The notes beneath the pieces were generated by a model. That model searched no databases and was not told the DNA's origin. It saw only the letters and a program-made list of their open reading frames with translations. Shown piece after piece: positions 55,206-64,000 of a DNA stretch of 64,000 nt; position 1 is the stretch's first letter; every line of letters begins with the position of its first letter. A program made the position numbers and the translations under genes. Source of the stretch: Verrucomicrobiia bacterium (lineage in GTDB: Bacteria; Verrucomicrobiota; Verrucomicrobiia; Limisphaerales; Palsa-1400); NCBI GenBank assembly GCA_036501665.1, contig DASXZW010000023.1, positions 7,181 to 71,180 on the forward strand. Reading direction: 5' to 3'.

Positions 55206-57742
55206 AAATTACCGTTCCCGAGCTTTCCTTCGTTGTGTTGATCGGGGTGTCCGGTTCGGGCAAAAGCACGTTTGCTCGGAAACATTTCAAAACCACGGAA
55301 ATTCTTTCTTCGGATTATTGTCGGGGCCTGGTGTCGGATGATGAAAATTCGCAGGCGGCGACACGCGACGCATTTGAAGTTTTGCATTTTATCGCCCGCA
55401 AACGGTTGGCGGCCGGGAAACTTACCGTGGTTGATGCGACGAATGTGCAACCTGAATCGCGCAAATCACTTGTTCAAATTGCGCGTGAGTTTCATTGCTT
55501 GCCAGTGGCCATTGTCCTTGACGTGCCAGAGAGGGTGGCGCACGACCGGAACAAGACTCGTCCTGACCGCAATTTTGGCCCGCACGTCATTCGGCAGCAA
55601 GCGCAGCAGTTGCATCGTTCCATGCGCGGGCTTGAGCGCGAAGGGTTTCGCCATGTCTTCGTTCTCAGATCATTGGAAGAAGTCGAGGCCGTGGTCATTG
55701 AGCGACAGCCGTTGTGGAACAACTTGAAGAACGAGCATGGGCCGTTCGATATCATAGGCGATGTGCATGGGTGTTTCGATGAACTTTTCGAATTGCTTGC
55801 CCTGTTGGGTTACGCGGAGCAACCGGGGGGAGGCTGGAACCATCCTGACGGACGCAAGCTCGTGTTCGTCGGTGATTTGGTTGATCGAGGCCCCAAGATT
55901 CCCCAAGTCCTAAAATTGGCGATGAGCGCTGTTGCAAGCGGAGGGGCTTTTTGTGTTCCCGGCAATCACGACGTAAAGCTGATGCGGAAGTTGCGCGGGA
56001 AAGATGTTCAAATCACGCATGGGCTTGGCGAATCTCTGGCACAACTTGCCGCCGAGTCTGATGAATTTCGCAAACAGGTTGGCGATTTCATTGACGACCT
56101 GGTCAGTCATTATGTTTTCGACGACGGCAAGCTCGTAGTCGCGCACGCAGGCATGAAGGAATCCATGCAGGGGAGAGGCTCCGGCGCTGTGCGGGAATTC
56201 GCGCTCTTCGGTGAAACTACCGGCGAGACCGATGAGTTTGGATTGCCGGTGCGTTATAATTGGGCCGCCGAATATCGAGGGGCAGCGATGGTGGTTTATG
56301 GACATACGCCGGTCCCGGAACCTGCGTGGCTCAACCGGACAATCAACATTGATACGGGTTGTGTTTTTGGGGGAAAGCTGACGGCTTTGCGGTATCCCGA
56401 AAAGGAACTGGTTTCAGTTCCTGCAAAAAATACTTACGCGGAATCGCGCAAGCCATTTTTGCCTGCCGAAACACAGGCGCCGGTTTTATCCGCGCAACAG
56501 CAGCAGGACGATTTGCTTGACCTTGCCGATGTGACGGGCAAACGGATCGTCGGGACGCGTTTGCATGGCAATGTAACCATTCGCGAGGAGAACGCCACTG
56601 CGGCTCTGGAAGTGATGAGCCGGTTCGCCGCGAATCCAAAGTGGCTGATTTATCTGCCGCCCACGATGTCGCCGAGCGAAACAAGCAGTGCGCCGGGTCT
56701 TTTGGAGCATCCTGCCGAAGCGTTTGCTTATTTTCGCCATGCCGGTGTGCCGCGAGTTGTCTGCGAGGAAAAACATATGGGGTCGCGGGCGGTGGTTATC
56801 GTCTGTCGTGATGAGGAGGCTGTGCGGAAAAGTTTTGGGGTGACGGGCGAAGGCATTGGCATCTGTTATACGCGCACGGGCCGGCGTTTTTTTGACGACG
56901 CAAACCTGGAGCGGGAATTTCTCACCCACGTTCAAACTGCCGCCACCTCAGCCGGATTTTGGGATGAATTCAAAACCGGATGGCTTTGTCTCGATTGCGA
57001 ACTCATGCCCTGGTCTGTAAAAGCGCAGGAATTGTTGAAACAACAATACGCCTCGGTTGGCGCATCGGGGCGCGCTTCGCTAACGGAAGAAGTTTCCACC
57101 CTTGAACGAGCCGCATCATCCGGCCTGGACGTGAGTGAGTTGCTTGCCCGCACGATTTCTCGCCGACAAATGATGGGCGATTACATTGAAGCCTATCGTC
57201 GATATTGCTGGCCGGTAAAATCGGTGAACGATCTCAAACTCGCGCCGTTTCATTTGCTGGCAACCGAAGGCTCAGTTCATGCGGACAAACCGCACACCTG
57301 GCACATGGAAATGCTCGCGCGGCTGGCTGGAGGCATCATCGTTGCCACACCGTTTCATGTCATTGATTTGACTGATTCCAAGAGCGAAGCGGAAGGCGTT
57401 CATTGGTGGGAACAACTCACCGGGCGCGGCGGCGAAGGGATGGTCGTCAAGCCGCTTGATTTCATTGTCAAGGGACGGCGCGGTCTTGTCCAACCCGCTG
57501 TGAAGTGTCGTGGCCGCGAATATCTCCGTATTATTTATGGCCCGGAATACACGGCGGAGGAGAATTTGGAACGGCTCCGTTCCCGGGGACTTTCGACAAA
57601 GCGGTCGCTGGCTTTGCGGGAATTCGCGCTCGGCATCGAGTCGCTTGAACGCTTTGTCCGAAAGGAACCGTTGCGACGTGTTCACGAGGCCGTGTTCGGC
57701 GTGCTTGCTTTGGAAAGCGAACCGGTTGACCCGCGATTGTAG
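55202..57742 (+). CDS. pnkp: polynucleotide kinase-phosphatase with C-terminal ligase/adenylyltransferase domain (Pnkp)
   Basis: 846 aa. Kinase P-loop GVSGSGKST. Calcineurin-type phosphatase motifs GDVHGC, GDLVDRGP, GNHD, GHT. Nucleotidyltransferase lysine motif CEEKHMGSRAV. Confidence 0.9.
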   Translation: MKITVPELSFVVLIGVSGSGKSTFARKHFKTTEILSSDYCRGLVSDDENSQAATRDAFEVLHFIARKRLAAGKLTVVDATNVQPESRKSLVQIAREFHCLPVAIVLDVPERVAHDRNKTRPDRNFGPHVIRQQAQQLHRSMRGLEREGFRHVFVLRSLEEVEAVVIERQPLWNNLKNEHGPFDIIGDVHGCFDELFELLALLGYAEQPGGGWNHPDGRKLVFVGDLVDRGPKIPQVLKLAMSAVASGGAFCVPGNHDVKLMRKLRGKDVQITHGLGESLAQLAAESDEFRKQVGDFIDDLVSHYVFDDGKLVVAHAGMKESMQGRGSGAVREFALFGETTGETDEFGLPVRYNWAAEYRGAAMVVYGHTPVPEPAWLNRTINIDTGCVFGGKLTALRYPEKELVSVPAKNTYAESRKPFLPAETQAPVLSAQQQQDDLLDLADVTGKRIVGTRLHGNVTIREENATAALEVMSRFAANPKWLIYLPPTMSPSETSSAPGLLEHPAEAFAYFRHAGVPRVVCEEKHMGSRAVVIVCRDEEAVRKSFGVTGEGIGICYTRTGRRFFDDANLEREFLTHVQTAATSAGFWDEFKTGWLCLDCELMPWSVKAQELLKQQYASVGASGRASLTEEVSTLERAASSGLDVSELLARTISRRQMMGDYIEAYRRYCWPVKSVNDLKLAPFHLLATEGSVHADKPHTWHMEMLARLAGGIIVATPFHVIDLTDSKSEAEGVHWWEQLTGRGGEGMVVKPLDFIVKGRRGLVQPAVKCRGREYLRIIYGPEYTAEENLERLRSRGLSTKRSLALREFALGIESLERFVRKEPLRRVHEAVFGVLALESEPVDPRL

Positions 57743-57763
57743 ATTCTTTCATGTTCATCACCC

Positions 57764-58942
57764 ATGGGAATCCTTCGTTTATATCTGGCTCTTTGCGTGG
57801 TCGCTGAACATGGAAACGGGCAGATACTTCCCTGGACGATGTTGCAGGGTGAACAGGCGGTGCAAATCTTTTATGTCATCTCCGGGTTCTATATGGCGTT
57901 GGTGTTATCGACTCGTTATTCCAAGGCGCGCGATTTTTATGTCAGCCGATTTTTGCGAATTTTCCCAACTTATTGGGTTATCCTTCTCGGCACTGTCGTT
58001 GTGAGTTTGGCGGGTGGGTTGCTTTTCAACCGTTGGCTGATGTTGAGCCGTTATGTTAGTCATCCTTTGGCTCACAACGGGTTATCAGGCGTGTCGCTGG
58101 CTGCCTTGTTTAACCTTACCATAATTGGCCAGGACTGGATCATGTTTTTCAAACAGGATCCCGGGCAATCGCTTCAAGTTACATTAAAATTTTGGACCTT
58201 TCCCAACCCGCTTTATTGGTATCTATTGTTGCCGCAGGCGTGGACTCTGGCGGTGGAACTGACGTTTTATGCCATCGCTCCGTATCTGAATCGGCTGAGG
58301 AGTTCCTGGCTGATTGGCTTGACGATTGGCGCATTGGTTCTGCGATTCATTTGCTATCAATACCTGGGGACGGCCACTGTTCCCTGGACTTACCGGTTTT
58401 TCCCGCTTCAAATCGGGTTTTTCCTTTGCGGCATGTTGGCGTATCGGCTCTATGTCAGAATGAGTCCTCATCCGTCGTTACAACGCTGGCGAAGCACATC
58501 TTGGCGGTCCTATATCGTCGGCTGCGCGATCCTTTTGGCGTTTCTGTATTTGCACGCCCGAGCTTTTGAGTTCCTTAAAAGCGTCGCCAGCGAGCACGTT
58601 GCGGGCTTGGTTACGTCCCCGGTCTTTATTTTGGCGATTCCGATTCTGTTTCTGGCGTTTGAGAAACACAAATTTGACCGTCTGACTGGCGAAATGTCCT
58701 ATCCTGTTTATCTGGTCCATTTTCTTGTTTTGGTGGTTATTGGCAGTGCGCTGGGCATCCAGCCCGGGGTTGCTCTGGCTCGAGCGGCCGCGCTGGCCTC
58801 AATTATTTTAGCAGCGATCCTTTACGCCGTGTTCATTGTTCGTATTGACATAAGGCGGCACCGGCTAAGGACGAAAAACAGCCCAATTGACGGCGACGAA
58901 AAGCAGTCGGGGCCGGACTTTCAAAAAGTATCGTCGCCATAA
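57764..58942 (+). CDS. acyltransferase family 3 membrane protein
   Basis: 392 aa, about 10 TM helices. N-terminal LRLYLALCVVAEH and FYVISGFYMA motifs typical of acyltransferase_3. Confidence 0.8.
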   Translation: MGILRLYLALCVVAEHGNGQILPWTMLQGEQAVQIFYVISGFYMALVLSTRYSKARDFYVSRFLRIFPTYWVILLGTVVVSLAGGLLFNRWLMLSRYVSHPLAHNGLSGVSLAALFNLTIIGQDWIMFFKQDPGQSLQVTLKFWTFPNPLYWYLLLPQAWTLAVELTFYAIAPYLNRLRSSWLIGLTIGALVLRFICYQYLGTATVPWTYRFFPLQIGFFLCGMLAYRLYVRMSPHPSLQRWRSTSWRSYIVGCAILLAFLYLHARAFEFLKSVASEHVAGLVTSPVFILAIPILFLAFEKHKFDRLTGEMSYPVYLVHFLVLVVIGSALGIQPGVALARAAALASIILAAILYAVFIVRIDIRRHRLRTKNSPIDGDEKQSGPDFQKVSSP

Positions 58943-59109
58943 TAAATTCGCCGGCGAAGAGGCTAACAGCGGGCCGTATTCTCATTTCTCCCCGGGTCTG
59001 GCTTAAAACCATCGCCAAAAATGTTGTTTGAAGCTTGACATAAAGATCGAAAATGTTAGCGTCGAATTCGCGTTTGTCTCTCCCCCACGAGACGAAAGTT
59101 GAGTTTAAA

Positions 59110-62100
59110 ATGAAGAAAAACCACCGAGCGCGGAACACTCCGCGAGTCTTCAATTTATTGAATTGCCGCGCCCGGCTTGGAAGATTTTTTTCGACCTTCA
59201 TCCTTTACGTGACATTGGTGACGGTTGTCGGCGCTGGTGCGGCTGAGATTCCCCAGTTTTTTCATGAGGCGCTGGTTGCGGTGGGCGGCACGCCTGCACA
59301 AAGTGAAACGGATGATCTGAAAAGTGCGCTCACTGCTTTTTCCGCTTCCAAGTCAAGTGGGCAGCCGGATTGGAGCACACTTTCCAGCTTTCTCGCGAGC
59401 CATCCGCAATCGCCTTGGAACGCCTCGTTGCTTCTGAACCTTGGCGAGGAATATTATCAGAATGGATACTTTTCCCGCGCGATGGACGCGTGGCAACAGT
59501 CCTGGAATTCGTCAAAATCGGCCCCCGACCCCATAGGACAGGCTGTTGCGAATCGCGCGGTGGCGCAGCTTTTGAGAATGCAGTGCCGCATCGGTCTTTT
59601 GCAGGATGTGAAGTCATTGCTGGGGCAAGTCGGAGATCGGAACTTTCGCGGATCCACGGCGGAAATGATCGAAACTTCGCGGCAAAGCCTTTGGATGATG
59701 GAGAACCATCCGGAGGTGACCTATCGTTGCGGTCCTCACGCGCTTGAACGAATTTTGCTTTATTCCAAACCGCAGGATGCCGCGCCGTTGGAGTTGGTGA
59801 AATCGGTTTCCGGCACGAACGGCATTCCTCTTTGTGACGTTGCTGTTTTGTCCAAGAAAGTCGGACTTAATTACCAAATGGCGAAACGAACCGGCAACGC
59901 CGCCATTCCCGTACCGTCGGTCGCGCATTGGAAACTCAACCATTACGGGGCTGTGCTTAAGCATGAAGGCGGGCGTTATCTGCTGGATGACCCGACCTTT
60001 GGCAATGGCTTGCTCTGGATAACGCAGGATGCGCTGGATTCTGAGAGCGACGGCTATTTTCTCATTCCAAACGGAGAATTGCCACGAGGCTGGAACGCGG
60101 TGGATGCGACTGAAGGCGGGCAAGTTTGGGGGCGCGGATATCCGCCGGACGATGATCCGGGTTCGGATGGCCCCCCAGACACCAGCATCCCCGTTAAGCC
60201 CAAAAAAAATCCTCCGCCCGGAACCCCGAATGATCCCTGCAAAAAGGGCATGGCGCAGTGGAACATTTTCCTGATGATGGCGGATCTGGCCATGTCCGAT
60301 TCGCCTGTTGGCTATAATCCGCCTGTCGGTCCGCCTATTTATTTTAATGTGCAGTATAGCCAGCAGGCATCCGATCAACCCGCCGTCTTTACTTACGGGA
60401 ATCTTGGACCGCTTTGGAATTGCGATTGGATCAGTTCGCTCACTTTTGACACGGCCAATGCCTATTACCATCGCGGACAGGGCGGCGTGGAACAGTTTCC
60501 TGGTTACAATCCCGCAACGCAGACTTATCAACAAAGCCTCGAAGAGGCGGATAGCCTGGTTCAAATCAACGCGACGAACTACCAGATATTGCGCCCTGAT
60601 GGCGGCAAACTCATTTTTTCGTTGCCGGACAATCCCGGCGCGCCTTCGCGGATTTTCATGACGGCGGTGGTGGACCCTCAAGGAAATGCCGCGACGTTGG
60701 CCTATGACATGTATTTCCGCCTGACGGGAATTACTGATGCCATCGGCCAGACCACCACGATTTCCTACGGCAGCGGCACCAATTCCTATCTTGTTCAGAA
60801 AGTCACTGACCCGTTCGGGCGTTTCGCCACGTTCTCATACAACTCCGCCGGCGAATTGACGAACATCACCGACGTGCTTGGCATGAGTTCGGCCTTTACG
60901 TATGGAACCAGCGATGCGCTTCAAACATTAACCACGGGCTACGGCATGACAACCTTCGCCGTGGGAACGACCAATAATAATCGCTTCGTTGAAATCACTG
61001 AACCCGACGGCGAACAGGAACGGGCGGAGCAGGGGAATGGCGCGACACCGGGAGTCTCATATACGGACCCATTGAACACAGTCCCTGCGGGGATTTTGGC
61101 GTTTAACCAATATCTCGATGGCCGCGACACCTATTTCTGGGACCGCGCGGCGATGGCTCAGGCTCACGGAATTTATTCCGACGCGAAAATTTATCATTTC
61201 ATGCATCAGGATTTGAATACCCGTTCGCCTCTTCTTGAAAGCCTCAAGATGCCCTCGCAAAACCGCATCTGGTACAATTATCAGGGGCAAAACAGCAGCG
61301 CGTTCTACAACTACGGAATGTTCGGCGGCGCGCCGTCGAAAATCGGCGTTGTGTTGGACGACGGGCAGACGCAATTGACGCAGACCAGTTTTAACTCGCT
61401 GGGCGCGGTCACTCAGGAAGTTGATCCTGTTGGCCGCACTCAAAACTACATCTACGCGTCAAATAACATCGACCTGGTGCAAGTCCAGCGGTTGACCGGC
61501 CCAAGTCAGCTTGAACCAGTGGCGAGCTTTACGTGGAACAGTTCGCATCTGCCGTTGACAATAACCGACGCCTCCGGCCAGACGACGACTTACACCTATA
61601 ACTCTCAAGGTCAGCCGTTGACAGCCAGCAATGCCAAAGGTCAAACCACGACTTTTGGCTACAATTCGAGCAACTATCTTGTTTCGATCCAGGGGCCGCT
61701 TGGCGCTACGGACATCGTGAATCTCACTTATGACGCATTTGGAAGGGTTCATACGATCACGGATGTCGGAGGGTATATTTTGACCTACGGTTACGACGCC
61801 CTCGATCGACTTACCAACGTAAGCTATCCTGATGGAACTTTTGTTGCGCGGACCTACAATCTGCTTGATCCAGCTACCTACAAGGATCGGCGCGGTCGAT
61901 TGACCTCCTATGCCTACGATTCGCTTCGGCAACTGGTGTCACTTAGTGATCCTTTGGGGCGCGTCACTCATTATCAATGGTGCGGTTGCGGTTCGTTAAG
62001 CTCCGTCATTGATCCGTTGGGCCGTATAACACAATGGACGCATGATCCGTTTGGTCGGTTGACAGCCAAGATTTATCCTGATGGAAACGCCGAAACTTAT

Positions 62101-63918
62101 AACTACGATTCAGCCGGGCTGTTGAAGTCCATAACAGATCCGAACGGCTCAACCAAATTGATTGCTCACGGCCTGGATAATTTAGTGACTTCAATTTCTT
62201 ACGTAAACTCGGGGGTTCCGACGCCCACCGTTGAGTATGTCTATGATCCCTGGTTTCCTCGCGTGTCAGAGCGCATTGATGGCGCTGGGATAACATTGTA
62301 TAACTACAACCCGATCACTGGCTCGACTTCCCTTGGCGCAGGCCAGTTGCAATCCATCGACGGCCCGCTCCCAAACGACACCATTACTTACAACTACGAT
62401 GAATTGGGCCGCACAACGACCCGGACAATCGGCGGTGTCGCTGAGAATGTGGTTTACGATGCCTTGGGCCGCATCGCATCTGATAATAATGCCCTTGGCA
62501 TGTTCACTTATGCTTATGTTGGGGCAACACCCCAATTAGCATCTATTTCCTCTCCCAACGGGCAAAGCACGCAGTTCAGCTATTTTCCAAATATCGCGGA
62601 TCGCCGTCTTAAAGAATTGTGGAATCAGGGGCCAGCCGGCGTGACCTTGTCGAAGTTTGACTATGTATACGACTCGGATGGCTTTGTGACTACATGGACA
62701 CAACAGAATGGCTCTGGAATCCCGACGCAGGCCACCCCCTCCTATGATCTTGCGGATCGGTTGACGGGCGTAACGACCGGCAGCGCGACTTACAGCTACA
62801 CCTACGACAACGCTGATAATCGCCTGACTGACACCACTAACGGAATGGAAACCACATGCTCCTACAACTCCTTGAACCAGCTCATTAGCCTGTCAACAAA
62901 TATTGAGACTGGCCGCGTCTATCAATGGGACGCAGAAGGCCGCCTCACCTCGATCGATTACCCACCCACAGGGAAGAGCACCGAATTCACCTACGATGGT
63001 CTGAGTCATTGCGTGCGCGTGGTCGAAGAATCTGATGGAAACATCACCAGCGACAAGCATTTCATCTGGTGCAACGAACGCATTTGTGAAGTCTGCGACG
63101 CGACCGGCGCTGCGACGAATCTTTACTTTGCTCAAGGCGCTCAAATTGTTTCCGGCCCGAACGCCGGCAAATATTATTATGCACTGGATCGCCTGGGTAG
63201 CATCACTGAATTGACCGACTCTTCCGCCAACGTGCGGGCTGATTATCAATATGATCCGTGGGGACAGCGAATAAAGCTTAGCGGCAATCTGGATGCCGAT
63301 TTTGGATTTACAGGCTACTATTTTCACGCGCCTAGTGCGATGAACTTTGCGCCATTGCGCGTTTATGATCCCGCGTTGGGGAGATGGCTTAGCCGTGATC
63401 CGGTGCTCAGAATGGGAGGAGGCGCGAACACCTATGCCTATGCCGATAACAATCCCATTAACAAGTTAGATCCTTTAGGCGCGGACACTGTTTATGTAGG
63501 AGTTTATAATACGACAATCGGCGGCGTCCCAATCCCGGAAGGCCACGCCTCGATCGATACCGGAGATGGATACACAGGATTTTATCCTGACCCGAATGTG
63601 GGCGCGTTTAATGCAAATGGCGCCCCAACTTCCACCGGGTTGGTCCGGGATCCCAATAGCGGCGAGAATCAATCGCCGCAGTTTGTCATCCCTATTTACA
63701 ACGTGACGCCCGACCAAATCCAGAAAATGAACGATTACATAAAGCAGGTGCAGAGTGACCCCTGCTTGAGGCAATACAATCTGCTGAACAATAACTGCGC
63801 GGGCTTTGTTCGCGCCGTCCTTGGCGCGGGCGGGATCAACATCGGCGGGTCGCAAAGTCCGCTGGGTGTTTTGATTGGCGGCAGCATCCAAAGCGGTCTT
63901 TCATCATTGGGACCCTAA
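59110..63918 (+). CDS. RHS/YD-repeat polymorphic toxin with N-terminal C39-like cysteine peptidase domain
   Basis: ATG at 59110 (ORF open from 59053), with an N-terminal TM/signal segment. C39-like triad context: YRCGPHAL, NHYGAVL, LDDP. Many YD repeats (YDALGR, YDSLRQ, YDELGR, YDGLSH ...). RHS core end is YAYADNNPINKLDPLG, followed by a 144 aa tip. Confidence 0.9.
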   Translation: MKKNHRARNTPRVFNLLNCRARLGRFFSTFILYVTLVTVVGAGAAEIPQFFHEALVAVGGTPAQSETDDLKSALTAFSASKSSGQPDWSTLSSFLASHPQSPWNASLLLNLGEEYYQNGYFSRAMDAWQQSWNSSKSAPDPIGQAVANRAVAQLLRMQCRIGLLQDVKSLLGQVGDRNFRGSTAEMIETSRQSLWMMENHPEVTYRCGPHALERILLYSKPQDAAPLELVKSVSGTNGIPLCDVAVLSKKVGLNYQMAKRTGNAAIPVPSVAHWKLNHYGAVLKHEGGRYLLDDPTFGNGLLWITQDALDSESDGYFLIPNGELPRGWNAVDATEGGQVWGRGYPPDDDPGSDGPPDTSIPVKPKKNPPPGTPNDPCKKGMAQWNIFLMMADLAMSDSPVGYNPPVGPPIYFNVQYSQQASDQPAVFTYGNLGPLWNCDWISSLTFDTANAYYHRGQGGVEQFPGYNPATQTYQQSLEEADSLVQINATNYQILRPDGGKLIFSLPDNPGAPSRIFMTAVVDPQGNAATLAYDMYFRLTGITDAIGQTTTISYGSGTNSYLVQKVTDPFGRFATFSYNSAGELTNITDVLGMSSAFTYGTSDALQTLTTGYGMTTFAVGTTNNNRFVEITEPDGEQERAEQGNGATPGVSYTDPLNTVPAGILAFNQYLDGRDTYFWDRAAMAQAHGIYSDAKIYHFMHQDLNTRSPLLESLKMPSQNRIWYNYQGQNSSAFYNYGMFGGAPSKIGVVLDDGQTQLTQTSFNSLGAVTQEVDPVGRTQNYIYASNNIDLVQVQRLTGPSQLEPVASFTWNSSHLPLTITDASGQTTTYTYNSQGQPLTASNAKGQTTTFGYNSSNYLVSIQGPLGATDIVNLTYDAFGRVHTITDVGGYILTYGYDALDRLTNVSYPDGTFVARTYNLLDPATYKDRRGRLTSYAYDSLRQLVSLSDPLGRVTHYQWCGCGSLSSVIDPLGRITQWTHDPFGRLTAKIYPDGNAETYNYDSAGLLKSITDPNGSTKLIAHGLDNLVTSISYVNSGVPTPTVEYVYDPWFPRVSERIDGAGITLYNYNPITGSTSLGAGQLQSIDGPLPNDTITYNYDELGRTTTRTIGGVAENVVYDALGRIASDNNALGMFTYAYVGATPQLASISSPNGQSTQFSYFPNIADRRLKELWNQGPAGVTLSKFDYVYDSDGFVTTWTQQNGSGIPTQATPSYDLADRLTGVTTGSATYSYTYDNADNRLTDTTNGMETTCSYNSLNQLISLSTNIETGRVYQWDAEGRLTSIDYPPTGKSTEFTYDGLSHCVRVVEESDGNITSDKHFIWCNERICEVCDATGAATNLYFAQGAQIVSGPNAGKYYYALDRLGSITELTDSSANVRADYQYDPWGQRIKLSGNLDADFGFTGYYFHAPSAMNFAPLRVYDPALGRWLSRDPVLRMGGGANTYAYADNNPINKLDPLGADTVYVGVYNTTIGGVPIPEGHASIDTGDGYTGFYPDPNVGAFNANGAPTSTGLVRDPNSGENQSPQFVIPIYNVTPDQIQKMNDYIKQVQSDPCLRQYNLLNNNCAGFVRAVLGAGGINIGGSQSPLGVLIGGSIQSGLSSLGP

Positions 63919-63923
63919 AGCGC

Positions 63924-64000
63924 GTGAAGATTTATAATTTACATCGCCGCATTTGCCTGGGGATTCTGCTTTTGGCTGCGTCCACGCTGTTGCTGCGTGC
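63924..64000 (+). CDS. partial ORF, candidate cognate immunity protein (5' end only)
   Basis: GTG at 63924, 5 nt after the RHS stop. It reads VKIYNLHRRICLGILLLAASTLLLR and runs off the window. The call rests on position only. Confidence 0.3.
   Translation, partial: MKIYNLHRRICLGILLLAASTLLLR

Overview
A 64 kb chromosomal segment. Gene content suggests a PVC-group bacterium, probably Verrucomicrobiota-like: prepilin-type N-terminal methylation protein, many FG-GAP/ASPIC (CRTAC1-like) secreted proteins, and GC-rich palindromic intergenic repeats. This taxonomic call is inference only. No rRNA genes or CRISPR arrays were seen.

Contents in order:
1. An orphan pilT.
2. A minus-strand 2-aminoethylphosphonate catabolic operon (phnW, phnA, phnY, plus a class-III aminotransferase-like gene). 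It is interrupted by an AT-richer type II restriction-modification pair.
3. Housekeeping genes (hrpB, two Gfo/Idh/MocA oxidoreductases, lpxD).
4. tRNA-Gly(CCC) carrying a ~4.5 kb integrated element (tyrosine integrase, excisionase, HUH rolling-circle Rep). It is bounded by a perfect 25 bp direct repeat of the tRNA 3' end. A further decayed att-like junction lies downstream.
5. A ~25 kb array of paralogous FG-GAP/ASPIC proteins (one split pair, two fused versions, one TPR version). It also holds a 1324 aa PA14/Ig-like surface protein, a CxxCH-VCBS protein, and a copper-monooxygenase-like/TPR protein. MITE/REP-like palindromes and other repeats are interspersed.
6. A low-GC islet with two tandem 244 aa paralogs.
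7. The RNA-repair genes hen1 and pnkp, separated by a translationally coupled 542 aa HEAT-repeat ORF. I consider this the most interesting candidate for a new system component.
8. An acyltransferase, then a 1600 aa RHS/YD polymorphic toxin. The toxin has an N-terminal C39-like peptidase domain, a His/Cys (permuted papain-like) C-terminal tip, and a candidate immunity ORF running off the window.

All calls come from reading the ORF translations and the nucleotide sequence. No database searches were run.
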